The translations under genes were made by a program, and so were the position numbers. A stretch of DNA of 64,000 nucleotides from an uncultured beta proteobacterium (GTDB taxonomy: Bacteria; Pseudomonadota; Gammaproteobacteria; Burkholderiales; Burkholderiaceae_D). Under the pieces are notes generated by a model that searched no databases, was not told the origin of the DNA, and saw only the letters and a list, made by a program, of their open reading frames with translations. This document shows, one piece after another, positions 11,125-22,568 of the stretch. Each line of letters starts with the position of its first letter. Within the stretch, counting starts at the first letter, position 1. The stretch is from assembly GCA_963708665.1 (NCBI GenBank), contig CAVPTE010000008.1, forward strand, positions 912,750-976,749, given 5' to 3'.

Positions 11125-11913
11125 ATGCGGCCGAGGCTCGCGATCGTCGCGACGTCGGCCGTCCTGTCCTCCGTCGGCGCGGCGCGCGCCGACGACTTCG
11201 ATGCGCGACCGGACGCGACGCCTTATCGGCCGACGGTGTCGACGCCCGCGGCCTTATCGGCGCCGCACTGGCTCGAGGCCGAACTCGGCGGCATCGTCGC
11301 GATCGATCAGCCTGCCGGCGAACCGTCGCATCGAACGAGCGTTCCGTACGCGCTGAAGTACGCGTTCAGCGAGGACTGGGGCGTGCGCGTCGTCGGCGAG
11401 GCGCTCGTCCACGTCGGCGACGACGGCGGCCGCGAGACCGGCTTCGGCGACACCGGCGTCGTGCTCAAGCGGCGCTTCGCCGTCGACGACCGTCAGGCGT
11501 TCGGGCTCGAACTCGGCGCGCTCTATCCCACCGCGCGCCCGGCGCTGCAGCTCGGCAGCGGCAAGCCCGACTATTCCGTCAACGGCATCTACAGCGTCGA
11601 TGCCGGCGGCTGGCACGCCGACGCGAACCTGATCGAGACGCGGATGGGCGCGCGCGACGACGCGTCGCGCTGGCAGACGGTCGCCGCGGTGGCGGCGTCG
11701 CATCCGTTGTCCGATCGCTGGCAGTTCGCCGGCGAGTTCTCCGGCAGCCGCCAGCGCGGCAACCCGGGCACCGCGCAGTTCCTCGCGGCGCTGTCGTGCG
11801 CCGTGCGCCGCGATGCCGTCATCGACTTCGGCGCGGCCCGCGGGATGAACCGCGCCACGCCGACCTGGCAGGCGTTCGCCGGCCTGACGATCGTGCTCGG
11901 CCGCATCGATTGA
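11125..11913 (+). CDS. putative outer-membrane beta-barrel transporter (MetA-pathway/SphA-like)
   Basis: Signal peptide ending ARA-DD, RPTVSTPA, LEAELG, GFGDT, alternating amphipathic strands. Confidence 0.6.
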   Translation: MRPRLAIVATSAVLSSVGAARADDFDARPDATPYRPTVSTPAALSAPHWLEAELGGIVAIDQPAGEPSHRTSVPYALKYAFSEDWGVRVVGEALVHVGDDGGRETGFGDTGVVLKRRFAVDDRQAFGLELGALYPTARPALQLGSGKPDYSVNGIYSVDAGGWHADANLIETRMGARDDASRWQTVAAVAASHPLSDRWQFAGEFSGSRQRGNPGTAQFLAALSCAVRRDAVIDFGAARGMNRATPTWQAFAGLTIVLGRID

Positions 11914-11923
11914 CGCGGCCGGC

Positions 11924-12691
11924 TCAGCGCCTCGCGGCCACCGCGTCGAGCACGACGGAGAGGCAGCGGTCGATGTCGTCCTGGTCCGCGATGAAATAGC
12001 GCGCCGCGCTGTCCTCGCTTCGCCCGACGCGCACCGTGACCCAGGTCGACGGCGCGTCGACGAACACGGCCTCGTCGGTCACGTCGTCGCCGATGAAGAA
12101 CGCGCCGTCGGCCCGCTCGTGCGCGACCAGCGCGCGCAGTGCCTGGCCCTTGTCCGGCGCACCCTCCGGCAGCAGGTTGAATACGCACTTGCCGCCGATG
12201 ACGCGCGGCGCCGGCTCGAGCGTCGCGATCGCCGACTCGATCGCCCGCACCGCCGCGACGGGGTCGGACGCTGCCCGGTAGTGGACCGACAGCGAGAAGG
12301 CCTTCGGCTCGACGACGATGCCGCGGTCGGTCTCGGGTCCCAGCAGCGCCGGCAGCTGCGCGAGCCACCCGTCGACGGTGCGGCGATGCGCCTTCCGATC
12401 GATACCGTCGTCGCCCGGCAGCCCTTCGGCGCCGTGGTTGCCGACGAGATGGGTCGGCTCGACGTCGATGCGTGCCCGGAGGTCGTCGACGCCGCGGCCC
12501 GTCAGCAGGACCGTCGGGACCCGCTCGGCGAGCGAGCGCAGCAGCGCGACGGTCGACGGGCGCGCGCGCGCGTCGTCGGGACGTTCGACGATGGGCGACA
12601 GCGTTCCGTCGAAGTCGAACGCGTAGAGCGCGCGACCGCGGGCGAGTCGATCGATCGCGGCGAGACCCTGCGGCGCGAACAGATCGATCAC
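11924..12691 (-). CDS. otsB: trehalose-6-phosphate phosphatase
   Basis: HAD motifs AFDFDGTLSPI, LTGR, GNHGAE, SVHYR, DKGQAL, FIGDDVTDEAVF; GTG overlaps the otsA stop. Confidence 0.93.
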   Translation of the reverse strand: MIDLFAPQGLAAIDRLARGRALYAFDFDGTLSPIVERPDDARARPSTVALLRSLAERVPTVLLTGRGVDDLRARIDVEPTHLVGNHGAEGLPGDDGIDRKAHRRTVDGWLAQLPALLGPETDRGIVVEPKAFSLSVHYRAASDPVAAVRAIESAIATLEPAPRVIGGKCVFNLLPEGAPDKGQALRALVAHERADGAFFIGDDVTDEAVFVDAPSTWVTVRVGRSEDSAARYFIADQDDIDRCLSVVLDAVAARR

Positions 12692-15046
12692 GCCGCCGCG
12701 CGTCGCCAGCGGCCGCGTTCGTCGGCCTCGCCGTGGTGCTCGGCGATGCGCGCGCGGATCCGCTCGCGCTGGCGCACACGCGCCGCGTCGATCAGCATCC
12801 TCGCCGCCCAGCGGAACACGTTGTTGTCGCGGACGAGGTCGCGCATCGCGCGCATCCGTTCGCGCTGCTCGGCCGGCGGCATCACGAGCGCCGCGTGGAT
12901 CATGTCGGCCGTGTGTTCGACGTGATACGGGTTCACGATCAGCGCCTCGCGCAACTCCCGCGACGCGCCGGCGAACGCCGACAGCACGAGCACGCCCTGC
13001 TCGTCGTCGCGCGCGGCCACGAATTCCTTCGCGACCAGGTTCATGCCGTCGTGCAGGCTCGTCACGACGCAGACGTCGCAGGCGCGGTAGTGCTTGAAGA
13101 CCGACGCCTTGTCGTGATGCTCGATCAAGCAGCGCGATGGCGTTCGGCGCGTCGGTCGTCGCCCGGCCCGACGCCGGACGCGCGAAGCGACGGTTGATGC
13201 GCGACACCTCGGCGCGCACGCGGACCTCGAAGTTCTGGTACTCCTCGAGCGCCGATCGCGACGGCGCGGCGATCTGCACGAACGTGAAGCGGCCGATCAT
13301 CTCCGGATGGCGCTCGAGCATCACCTCGACGGCGCTGAAGCGCTCGAGGATGCCCTTCGTGTAGTCGAGCCGGTCGACGCCGAGTCCGAGCAGCTGCTTC
13401 GCGCGGCACGCCGAGTCGCTCGCGGATCTCGAGGCGGCACTGCTCGACGCTCTTCTCGAGCGACGGCGCATCGGGCCAGTCGATCGAGATCGGATAGCTC
13501 TCGACCTGCGTGCGCACGCCGCCGTACGAGATCATCGAGGTCTCGTGCTCGATGCGCGTCTCGAGGAAGCGGTCGGCCGTCTCGATGAAGTTCTTCGCCT
13601 GGTAGCGCGTGTGGAAGCCGAGGATGGTGCTGCCGAGCAGTCCTTCGATCAGCTCCTGGCGCCACGGGCAGATGCCGAACGACTCGGGGTTCGGCCAGGG
13701 GATGTGCCAGAACGTGATGATCGTCGCGTGCGGGAGGCGGTCGCGGATCAGCCGCGGCAGCAGCGCGAAGTGATAGTCCTGCACGAGCACCACCGGATTC
13801 TCGGTCCTCGCCTCCTCGACCACGGCGTCGGCGAAGCGTCGGTTGACCGTGACGTAGTGCTTCCAGTCGGCGCTGCGGAAGATCGGCCGCACGTGCGCGA
13901 TGTGGCAGAGCGGCCAGAGGCCTTCGTTCGCGAAGCCGTAGTAATAGCCTTCCTCCTCCTCCTGCGTGAGCCAGATGCGGCGCAGCGTGTACGCGGGGTC
14001 GCTCGGCGGCACGGCGACGTGCGCCTTCGCGTCGACGGTCTCGCGATCGGCCGATCCGGCGCCGTGCGCGATCCACGTGCCGGAGCACGCGCGCATCACC
14101 GGCTCGACCGCGGTCACGAGGCCGCTCGCCGGGCACTGGACCTCGACGCCGTCGTCCGTCTTCACGTGGATGTACGGCTCGCGGTTCGAGACGACCATGA
14201 TCTCGTCGCCCGACAGATGGTCCTTCAGCAGCTGCCGCAGCTTCGCCGGCGTCCATGCGGCGCCGTCCTCGTCGATGCTGTCGCGCAGACGCCGCTCGTC
14301 GTCGATCTCGCGCATGATGCCGCGCAGGTCCGACATCAGCGGACGCAGCTCCGGATCGAAGTGCTCGGGGTTGTCGTTCGCGCTGTCGCGGCGACTTGCC
14401 GTCCATCGCGGAGAACGGTCGGATGACGCCTTCGCCGCGCAGCAGCGCGCGCGTGCCGGCGATCCATCCGCGCCACGACAGGTGCGCGATCATCACCGTC
14501 ACGAGCGACGTCGCCGACCGCGATGATCAGGAACAGGATGATCGTGTACTTGCGCGTGTCCTCGCTGCGGCTCTCGATGAAGCTCATGTCGGTGACCATC
14601 ACGAGCGAGCCGAGGTCGCCGTCGGGCCCGCGGACCGGCAGCCGCGCCACGTGCACCGATCCCTTCGGCAGCTTGACGATCGAGCCGACGACGCCGTCGT
14701 CCGACGACGAGCGGCGCTCGTCCGGAGTCGCCGGTGCAGCCGACCGCCGACGGCATGTTGGCGCTTCGATACGCCATCCGGCCCGGACGGTCGCAGAACG
14801 CGATCGCGTACAGACGCTCGTTCTGCGTGACGCTGTTCAGCAGCGTCGTGATGCGGGCGTGCGCCTGCTGCGGCACCAGCTCGACGAGCTGATCGACGAG
14901 CGGCGCGGCGGCGCGCTGCGCGCTCGGAGTCGAGATCGCGCACGAACCAGCGGACGGTCAACGCGTCGACCTGCGGGACGACGATGTAGGCGAGCAGCGC
15001 GAGGGTGCGCGATCAGGGGGATCAGGAATCGCAACGACAGCCGCAT
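12688..15046 (-). CDS. otsA: trehalose-6-phosphate synthase (GT20) with N-terminal TM-periplasmic-TM extension (multiple frameshifts)
   Basis: [64 protein letters not shown]; upstream fragments join into a ~240-aa membrane-anchored region starting [11 protein letters not shown]. Confidence 0.88.
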
Positions 15047-15138
15047 GTCACCCGACCTTCACGAGAGGTCCGTCGAGCGACGGCGGTGTGCCAGCGCTTC
15101 CCGGATCCGCGCGCCGCGACGCGACGGAACAGGCGCCG

Positions 15139-15145
15139 ATTCTAG
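15139..15145 (-). promoter_or_regulatory. possible -10 element for otsAB
   Basis: Minus strand CTAGAAT ~95 nt upstream of otsA; no clear -35. Confidence 0.3.
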
Positions 15146-15205
15146 GCGCGCCCCGCGTCCGGAAGGCTACGACTAAACCTGATTCGCGACGGCCGACGCC
15201 GACGG

Positions 15206-16503
15206 TCAGGCAAGTTCGCGAAACGCGGCACGGGCCGCGTCGAGCGTCGCGTCGACGACCGCGTCGTCGTGCGCGATCGACACGAAGCCCGCCTCGTAGG
15301 CGGACGGCGCGAGGTACACGCCGCGGTCGAGCATCGCGTGGAAGAACCGCTTGAAGCGCTCGATGTCGGACGCGCTCACGTCGGCGAGCCGGCGCGGCAG
15401 CGCGGTCGCGGAAGTAGAAGCCGAACATGCCGCCGACCGCATCGGCGCGCGAGCGGGATGCCGGCGTCGGCGGCCGCGGCGACGAGCCCGTCGGCGAGGC
15501 GGCGCGTCGCCGCGCCGAGCGCGCTCGTGGAAGCCGGGCGCCTCGATCGGCGCGCAGCGTCGCGAGCCCGCACGCGACGGCGACCGGATTGCCCGACAGC
15601 GTGCCGGCCTGGTAGACGGCGCCTTCCGGCGACAGGTGCGCCATCACGTCGCGCGGCCGCCGAACGCCGCGACCGGCAGGCCGCCGCCGATCACCTTGCC
15701 GAGCACCGTGAGGTCGGGCGCGACGCCGTACAGCGCCTGCGCGCCGCCGAGCGCGACGCGGAAGCCGCTCATCACCTCGTCGAAGATCAGCAGCGCGCCG
15801 ATGCTGCGTCGCACAGCGCGCCGCATCGTCTGCGAGGAACTCGGGCGTCGCGCGGACGAGGTTCATGTTGCCGGCGACCGGCTCGACGATGACGCACGCG
15901 ATCGCGTCGCCGTGTTCCGCGAACGCCGCCTCGAGCTGCTCGCAGTCGTTGTAGTCGAGCACCAGCGTGTGCTGCGTGATCTCCGGCGGCACGCCGGCCG
16001 AGCTCGGCGTGTTGAACGTCAGCAGGCCGGAGCCGGCCTTGACCAGCAGGCTGTCGGCGTGGCCGTGGTAGCAGCCGTCGAACTTGACGATCTTCGTCGC
16101 GGCCGGTGGCGCCGCGCGCGAGGCGGATCGCGCTCATCGCCGCCTCGGTGCCCGACGACACGAGCCGCACCTGCTCGATCGACGGCACGAGCCGGCACAG
16201 CGTCTCGGCCATCTCGATCTCGCCTTCGGTCGGCGCGCCGAACGACAGGCCGCGCGTCGCCGCGTCGCTGCACCGCTTCGACGACGGCGGGATGCGCGTG
16301 GCCGACGATGGCCGGACCCCAGCTGCCGATGTAGTCGATGTAGCGGCGTGCCGTCGGCGTCCCAGAAGTAGGGGCCCTCGGCGCGCGTCGACGAAGCGCG
16401 GCACGCCGCCGACCTGGCGGAACGCGCGCACCGGCGAGTTGACGCCGCCGGGCGTCGTCTCGAGCGCGCGCGCGAACAGCGTGTCGTTGCGGGACGTGGT
16501 CAT
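15206..16503 (-). CDS. hemL: glutamate-1-semialdehyde 2,1-aminomutase (multiple frameshifts)
   Basis: [79 protein letters not shown]. Confidence 0.95.
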
Positions 16504-17177
16504 CGCGTGCCCCCGAATGCCGCGGCGAACGCGCGGGCGCGCGACTCGACCTCCGCCGCGTCGCCGCCGAACAGGTCGCCGATGACGGCCGTCGCGTCGC
16601 AGCCGGCCGCGACCAGCGACGCGACGTTGCCGCGCGTGATGCCGCCGATACCGACCAGCGGCACGCCGAGGTCGCGCGCCTCGCGGAACAGGCCGAGCGG
16701 CGCGGGCGGCGCGTGCGGCTTCGTCGTCGACGGGAACAGGCTGCCGAACGCGACGTAGTCGGCGCCGGCCGCGACCGCCGCGCGGGCGCGGTCGACGCTG
16801 CGATAGCACGACACGCCGAGGATGCGGTCCGGGCCGAGCCGGTCGCGCAGCGCCGCGAGGGCGTCGTCGTCGCAGTCGTCGCTGCCGACGTGCAGGCCCG
16901 CGCCGTCGATCGACGTCGCGAGCGCCTCGTGGTCGTTGACGATCAGCGGCCGGCGGTGGCGGCGGCAGACCGCCGCGAGGGCTTCGGCGCGGGTACGGCG
17001 ACGGTCCGGCGCCGCACGCTTGTCGCGATACTGGACCGCGACGGCCCCGCCGCGCAGCGCCGCGTCGACGGCCGCGGCGAGAGACGCGTCGTCGACGTCC
17101 TCGCCCGCGTCGGGCGTGATCGCGTACAGCCCGCGCAGCGCGAGGCGCGGTCGCACGCGTCCGGCGACGGCCGTCAT
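16500..17177 (-). CDS. thiE: thiamine-phosphate synthase
   Basis: [47 protein letters not shown]. Confidence 0.95.
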   Translation of the reverse strand: MTAVAGRVRPRLALRGLYAITPDAGEDVDDASLAAAVDAALRGGAVAVQYRDKRAAPDRRRTRAEALAAVCRRHRRPLIVNDHEALATSIDGAGLHVGSDDCDDDALAALRDRLGPDRILGVSCYRSVDRARAAVAAGADYVAFGSLFPSTTKPHAPPAPLGLFREARDLGVPLVGIGGITRGNVASLVAAGCDATAVIGDLFGGDAAEVESRARAFAAAFGGTR

Positions 17178-18043
17178 CGACGTCCGCCTTGCGCGCGCAA
17201 CGCGTCGACCGCGACGCGCGACGCGAAGAATCGGTCCGGCAGGAACTGGCCCATGCCGGGTCGAAAGCCCGCGTCGAGCGCGTGCCACGTGAAGTCCTGC
17301 GCCCGACGGACCGCGTCCTCGAGCGTCGCCCCGGTCGCCAGCAGCGCCGCGATCGCCGACGCGAGCGTGCAACCCGAGCCGTGATACGAACCGGGCAGCC
17401 GCTTCCACGCATCGCTGCGGATCAACGCGACCACGTCGTCGTCGTCGGTGCCGTAGAGCGCATTGACGACGTCGGCCGTGTTCTCGTGGCTGCCGGTGAC
17501 GAGCACGAACTCGGCGCCCCATCCGATCAGCTTCGCGGCCGCGTCGTGCAGCGACAGCGTCCTCGACTCGTCGGGTTCGCCGCCGTCCTCGAGCGCGGCG
17601 AGCCGCCGCGCCTCGTAGCTGTTCGGCGTCATCAGCGTGACCTGCGGGATCAGCAGCTCGCGCATCGCGAGCAGCGTCTCGTCGTCGGCGAAGACGTCGC
17701 CGCGGCCGCTCGCGAGGACCGGGTCGAGCACGACCGGCAAGTCGGGGTAGTCGGCGACGATCTCGGCGATCGCGGCCACGGTCTCGACGTCGCCGAGGAC
17801 GCCGAGCTTGAACGCGGCGACCGGCATGTCCTCGAGGATCGTGCGCGCCTGGTCGTCGACGTGATCGGCGTCGACCGCGACGAACTCCTCGACGCCGGCG
17901 GTATCCTGGATCGTGTAGCCGGTCACGATGCTGGCCGGATGGCAGCCCATCGCGGCGACGGTCATGACGTCGGCCTGCAGGCCCGCGCCGCCGGTCGGGT
18001 CGCAGGCGGAGAAGGTCATCACGACGGGAATCGGGGAAGGCAT
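17174..18043 (-). CDS. thiD: hydroxymethylpyrimidine/phosphomethylpyrimidine kinase
   Basis: [44 protein letters not shown]. Confidence 0.93.
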   Translation of the reverse strand: MPSPIPVVMTFSACDPTGGAGLQADVMTVAAMGCHPASIVTGYTIQDTAGVEEFVAVDADHVDDQARTILEDMPVAAFKLGVLGDVETVAAIAEIVADYPDLPVVLDPVLASGRGDVFADDETLLAMRELLIPQVTLMTPNSYEARRLAALEDGGEPDESRTLSLHDAAAKLIGWGAEFVLVTGSHENTADVVNALYGTDDDDVVALIRSDAWKRLPGSYHGSGCTLASAIAALLATGATLEDAVRRAQDFTWHALDAGFRPGMGQFLPDRFFASRVAVDALRAQGGRR

Positions 18044-18232
18044 GCGGAACGATCGAGGAAGGCGCGCGGCCGGCGCACCGCATCGCACCGCGTCACGTAC
18101 ACTGCGGCCGCGCGACGGAGGCGAGGCCGCAGGCGGGCGACGCGCGTGTCGACGGCGTCGACCAGCGTCGCATTCTACGCCGCCCCGTGCCCCGCTTCCG
18201 CGCCGAAGCGCCGTTCAACTCGACTCGCCATG

Positions 18233-18397
18233 ATGAAGACCTGGATGTGCCTGATCTGCGGCTGGATCTACGACGAAGCGGCGGGCGCGCCGGAAGAAGG
18301 GCTCGCGCCCGGCACGCGCTGGGAGGACGTCCCGATGAACTGGACGTGCCCCGAGTGCGGCGCGCGCAAGGAAGACTTCGAGATGATCGAGGTCTGA
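18233..18397 (+). CDS. rubredoxin
   Basis: MKTWMCLICGWIYDE...WTCPECGARKEDF, two CxxC motifs. Confidence 0.96.
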   Translation: MKTWMCLICGWIYDEAAGAPEEGLAPGTRWEDVPMNWTCPECGARKEDFEMIEV

Positions 18398-18650
18398 ACG
18401 CGCGCGGCGGCGCACGATGCCGCCGCGGTGCGAGCGCTTTCGCTAGAGCTTTCTCCTAAGCGACGTTGCCGAGGCACAACGGGCGGCGCGGGCCGACTCG
18501 CCCGTTCGTGCGGTGCGCGAAACGCTTGACCTACAATCGTTTCGCTTCGGGCGGGCACCGGCCCGCCGATGGCCCGCCGGGCGCGCGGCCGCGTCCGAGG
18601 TCGCGTCGACAGCACGCGCCGGCGTGCGGACCTCGCCGAACCGATGATGC

Positions 18651-18677
18651 TCAAGGATCGGCGATCGCGGACGATGT
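18651..18677 (+). promoter_or_regulatory. putative sigma28 promoter upstream of pilG
   Basis: TCAAG-N14-GACGATGT; same -35 and CGAT register as the fliC promoter; ends 66 nt before the pilG ATG. Confidence 0.5.
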
Positions 18678-18743
18678 AATGCGCAGACGAATCGGCGGCC
18701 GGCGCGCCCGCGTGTCGCGCGATCCGCAACGAACGGAAAGAGC

Positions 18744-19145
18744 ATGGCCACCACCACCGCACTCGCGGGCCTCCGGGTCCTGGTGATCGACGACAGCAGC
18801 ACGATCCGTCGAAGCGCCGAGATCTTCCTCGTCCAGGCCGGCTGCCAGGTCATCCTCGCCGAGGACGGCTTCGATGCGCTGGCCAAGATCAACGACTACC
18901 AGCCCGACCTGATCTTCTGCGACATCCTGATGCCGCGACTCGACGGCTACCAGACCTGCTCGCTGATCAAGAAGAGCGCGCGCTTCCACGCCACGCCGGT
19001 CGTCATGCTGTCGAGCAAGGACGGCCTCTTCGACCGCGCGCGCGGCCGCATGGTCGGGTCCGACGAGTACCTGACGAAGCCGTTCACGAAGGACAGTCTG
19101 CTGAAGACCGTCGATCTGCACGCGCGTCGCGCCGTCGCGCAATAG
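18744..19145 (+). CDS. pilG: twitching motility response regulator PilG
   Basis: VIDDSSTIRRSAE, DILMPRLDGYQTCSLIK, MLSSKDGLFDRARGRMVGS. Confidence 0.95.
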   Translation: MATTTALAGLRVLVIDDSSTIRRSAEIFLVQAGCQVILAEDGFDALAKINDYQPDLIFCDILMPRLDGYQTCSLIKKSARFHATPVVMLSSKDGLFDRARGRMVGSDEYLTKPFTKDSLLKTVDLHARRAVAQ

Positions 19146-19169
19146 TCGCCCCACGCACCCGAGCACACC

Positions 19170-19538
19170 ATGCCCCTGCACAAGATCCTGGTCGTCGACG
19201 ACTCCGCGACCGAGCGCTTCTTCTTCGCCGAGCTGCTCAGCAAGAACGGCTACGACGTCCTGACCGCCGAGAACGGCGCGGAGGCGTTGACGAAGGCCAA
19301 GAGCGAGCAGCCCGACCTGATCCTGATGGACGTCGTGATGCCGGGCCAGAACGGCTTCCAGGTCACGCGCACGATCAGCCGCGATCCCGGCACCGCGCAC
19401 ATCCCGATCATCATCTGCACGAGCAAGAGCCAGGAGACCGACCGCTACTGGGGCATGAAGCAGGGCGCCCGCGACTACGTCGTCAAGCCGGTCGACCCGA
19501 AGGACCTGCTCAACAAGATCCGGGCGTGCGAGGTCTGA
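19170..19538 (+). CDS. pilH: twitching motility response regulator PilH
   Basis: VVDDSATE, LMDVVMPGQNGFQVTR, SKSQETDRYWGMKQGARDYVVKP. Confidence 0.95.
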   Translation: MPLHKILVVDDSATERFFFAELLSKNGYDVLTAENGAEALTKAKSEQPDLILMDVVMPGQNGFQVTRTISRDPGTAHIPIIICTSKSQETDRYWGMKQGARDYVVKPVDPKDLLNKIRACEV

Positions 19539-19539
19539 C

Positions 19540-20188
19540 GTGCCCGATTCCTCGCCCCGATCGTCGGCCGCGCTGCAGCTGATGCGCAACGACCGCCCCG
19601 GCGACCGTCCGCCCGCACCGGGCACGGCCGCGCAGTCGGCGGCGGCGAAGCTCGCATCGGTGCAGCGTCGCGAGCGGCTCCGCGACTTCCAGACCGGGCT
19701 GGCCGACAAGCTGCGCCGTGCGCAGGGCGCGCCGCTCGCCGTCAACCGCCTCGGGCTGCAGATCGGATCGAACCGCCTGCTGGTCGATCTCGCGCATGCC
19801 GGCGAGATCCTCGCGGTCCCGGACATCATGCCGGTCCCGCTCACCCGGTCGTGGTTCCGCGGGCTCGCGAACGTGCGCGGCAACCTGCTCGGCGTCGTCG
19901 ACCTTTCGCTGTTCGCCGGCGGGCCGGCCACGCCGCTCGACAAGGAGAGCCGCGTGCTGGCCTTCTCGTCCGACCTGCGGCTGTCGTCCGGCATCCTGGT
20001 GTCGCGGATGCTCGGCCTGCGCAGCGCCGCCGACCTGTCGGCCGACCGACGGCGAGGCCACGGGCGGCGACCTGCTCGCGCCGTGGGTGCGCGCGCGGCT
20101 CGTCGATGCGCACGAGACGCGGTGGCAGGAGATCGATCTCGCGGCACTGGCGGGCGATCCGCGCTTCATCGACATCGCGCGGGAATAG
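19540..20188 (+). CDS. pilI: CheW-like coupling protein PilI (frameshift ~20040; start uncertain)
   Basis: VPLTRSWFRGLANVRGNLLGVVDL, ILVSRMLGLR, C-term WQEIDLAALAGDPRFIDI. Confidence 0.88.
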
Positions 20189-20271
20189 ACGCATGGCGCG
20201 CCTTCGATGCCGGCGGCGCGACGTCGCCCGGTCGAGCAGCGGGATCCGGCTCGATCGCGGAGGCGAGACGG

Positions 20272-20298
20272 TTCAGATTTCGACGCGGACGCCGATAG
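20272..20298 (+). promoter_or_regulatory. possible sigma28 promoter upstream of pilJ
   Basis: TTCAGATT-N11-GCCGATAG in the 168-nt pilI-pilJ gap; -10 near perfect, -35 degenerate. Confidence 0.45.
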
Positions 20299-20356
20299 CG
20301 AGCCGGACGGGGTACGGGCACGGGCTCGCAGACTCCGAGCAACCGATGAGGCAGGC

Positions 20357-22501
20357 ATGGCAATTTCATGGTCGTTCGACAAATCGTTCGAACGCGACAC
20401 CGACACCCCCGACGGACAACCGATGACGGCCGCCACGACGCAGGACGTCGGCCCGACGACGACGGCGGCCGAAGCGCCGGTCGAGGCGGCGAGCAAGCCG
20501 GTCGAGCGCGGCGCCAAGCGGCTCGCGTGGCTGATCGGCGTCACGATCGCGCTGTTCGTCGTCTTCATGACGATGATCCTGCTGAGCCTCACAGGCAAGC
20601 CCGCCGAGGAGGCGTTCGTCGAGGCGGCCGACGACCTGATGACGCAGTCGCAACGGCTCGCGAAGGCGACGCCCGACGCGCTGCGCGGCGACGCCGGCGC
20701 GATGACGCAGCTGCGCGACAGCCGCGATCGCCTCGCGGCCGGCGTCGAGGCCCTCGACAAGGGCGGCATCATCGACAACATCGGCGTGCGCGCGGCGCAG
20801 GGCGGCGAGCGTGCCGCGCTCGAGCCGCTGATGAAGGACTGGGCGGTCGTGCGCACCGGCGTCGACGCGGTGCTCGACAACGCGAAGCTCGTGACGACGA
20901 TCGGTGCCGCGAAGCGCAAGCTGGTCGACGCGGTGCCGGCGTTCGTCGACGGGACCGACGCGTTCGCCGCGAAGGTCGCCGCGAGCGCCTCGCCGCGCGA
21001 TGCCGTCGCGGCGGCGCAGGCCCAGATGCTGGCGCAGCGCATCGCGCGTCGCGTCTCGGACCTGCCGGCCGGCGCCGACGCCGCCGCCGCGCTGACGCAC
21101 GATGCGTCTACCTATCGCGAGACGGTCGACGGGCTCGCCTCCGGCGCGCGCGATGCCGACGTGCGCGACCGCGCGGGCGCGCTGCTGAAGAGCGCCGCGC
21201 TGTTCCAGGGCGGACTGAAGGACGTGGCCGACGCGCTGCCGAAGGTCGCGGCGCTGCGTCAGGCCGTCGACGCGTCGCTGCAACGCGACGACGCCGTGCT
21301 CGGCGACCTCAAGGCGCTGCGCACCACGCAGGTCACCGGCTCGTCGAACTACCTGTGGTTCACGTTCGCGATCGCGCTCTGCTCGATGATGGGCTTCGTG
21401 CTGATCGCGCGTCACTTCGTGGATCGCGCCGGACTGAGCGCCGACGAGGCCCGTCGCGGCCGCACGCTCGCCGAGGAGCAGGAAGAGGGCCTGAAGCGCG
21501 CGAACGAGGCGAATCAGGTCGCCATTCTCCGGCTGATGAACGAGCTGCAGGAAGTGGCGGACGGCAACCTCACGGTGCAGGCGACGGTGTCCGAGGACAT
21601 CACCGGCGCCATCGCCGACTCGGTCAACTACACGGTCGAGGAACTGCGCACGCTGGTCGGCCGCATCAACAGCACGGTCGAGCAGGTCACCGGCGCGTCG
21701 ACGATCGCGCGAGGAGACGTCGCACCGGCTGCTCGCGGCGTCCGAGGAGCAGTCGCGCGAGATCCGGGCGACCGGCGACGCGGTCGTCGACGATGGCGCG
21801 CCAGATCGGCGAGGTGTCCGAGTCGGCCGCCGAGTCGGCCGAGGTGGCGCGCCAGTCGCTCGCGGCCGCGGAAGACGGCCAGCACGCGGTGGAAAACTCG
21901 ATCAACGGCATGAACGAAATCCGCGACCAGATCCAGGAGACCTCCAAGCGCATCAAGCGCCTCGGCGAGTCGTCGCAGGAGATCGGCGAGATCATCGAGC
22001 TGATCTCGGACATCACCGAGCAGACCAACGTGCTGGCGCTGAACGCGGCGATCCAGGCCGCGTCGGCCGGCGAGGCGGGACGCGGCTTCTCGGTCGTCGC
22101 CGAGGAAGTGCAGCGGCTGGCGGAACGCTCGGGCGAGGCGACGAAGCAGATCGGCGCGCTGGTGCGCACCATCCAGACCGACACCCACGACGCCGTCTCC
22201 GCGATGGAGAAGTCGACCCAGGGCGTGGTCGAGGGCGCGAAGCTGTCCGACGCCGCCGGCCAGTCGCTCGCGAACATCGGCCGCATCTCGCGCCAGCTCG
22301 CCGAGCTGATCGAGGCGATCTCGCGCGACACGTCGGTGCAGGCGCAGTCCGCCGGCGGCATGGCCGTCGAGCATGGAACGGATGCTGACGGTCAACGAGG
22401 AGACGTCCGAGGGCACGCGCCGCACGGCGACGTCGATCCAGCAGCTCTCGGCCCTCGCGCTCGAACTGAAGAGCTCGGTCGCGCGCTTCAAGGTCAACTG
22501 A
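20357..22501 (+). CDS. pilJ: methyl-accepting chemotaxis protein PilJ (frameshifts ~21710-21790 and ~22365)
   Basis: Two TMs, [75 protein letters not shown]. Confidence 0.93.
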
Positions 22502-22568
22502 CACCGGCCCGAGGCCGGTCTCGAGTCCCCGCGGGTCCGCCCGCGGCGACGATGAAGGAATCACAGCG

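Noticed and set aside
18044-18230. TPP riboswitch upstream of thiD
   Set aside because: No CTGAGA or other TPP aptamer core recognisable in this short divergent gap
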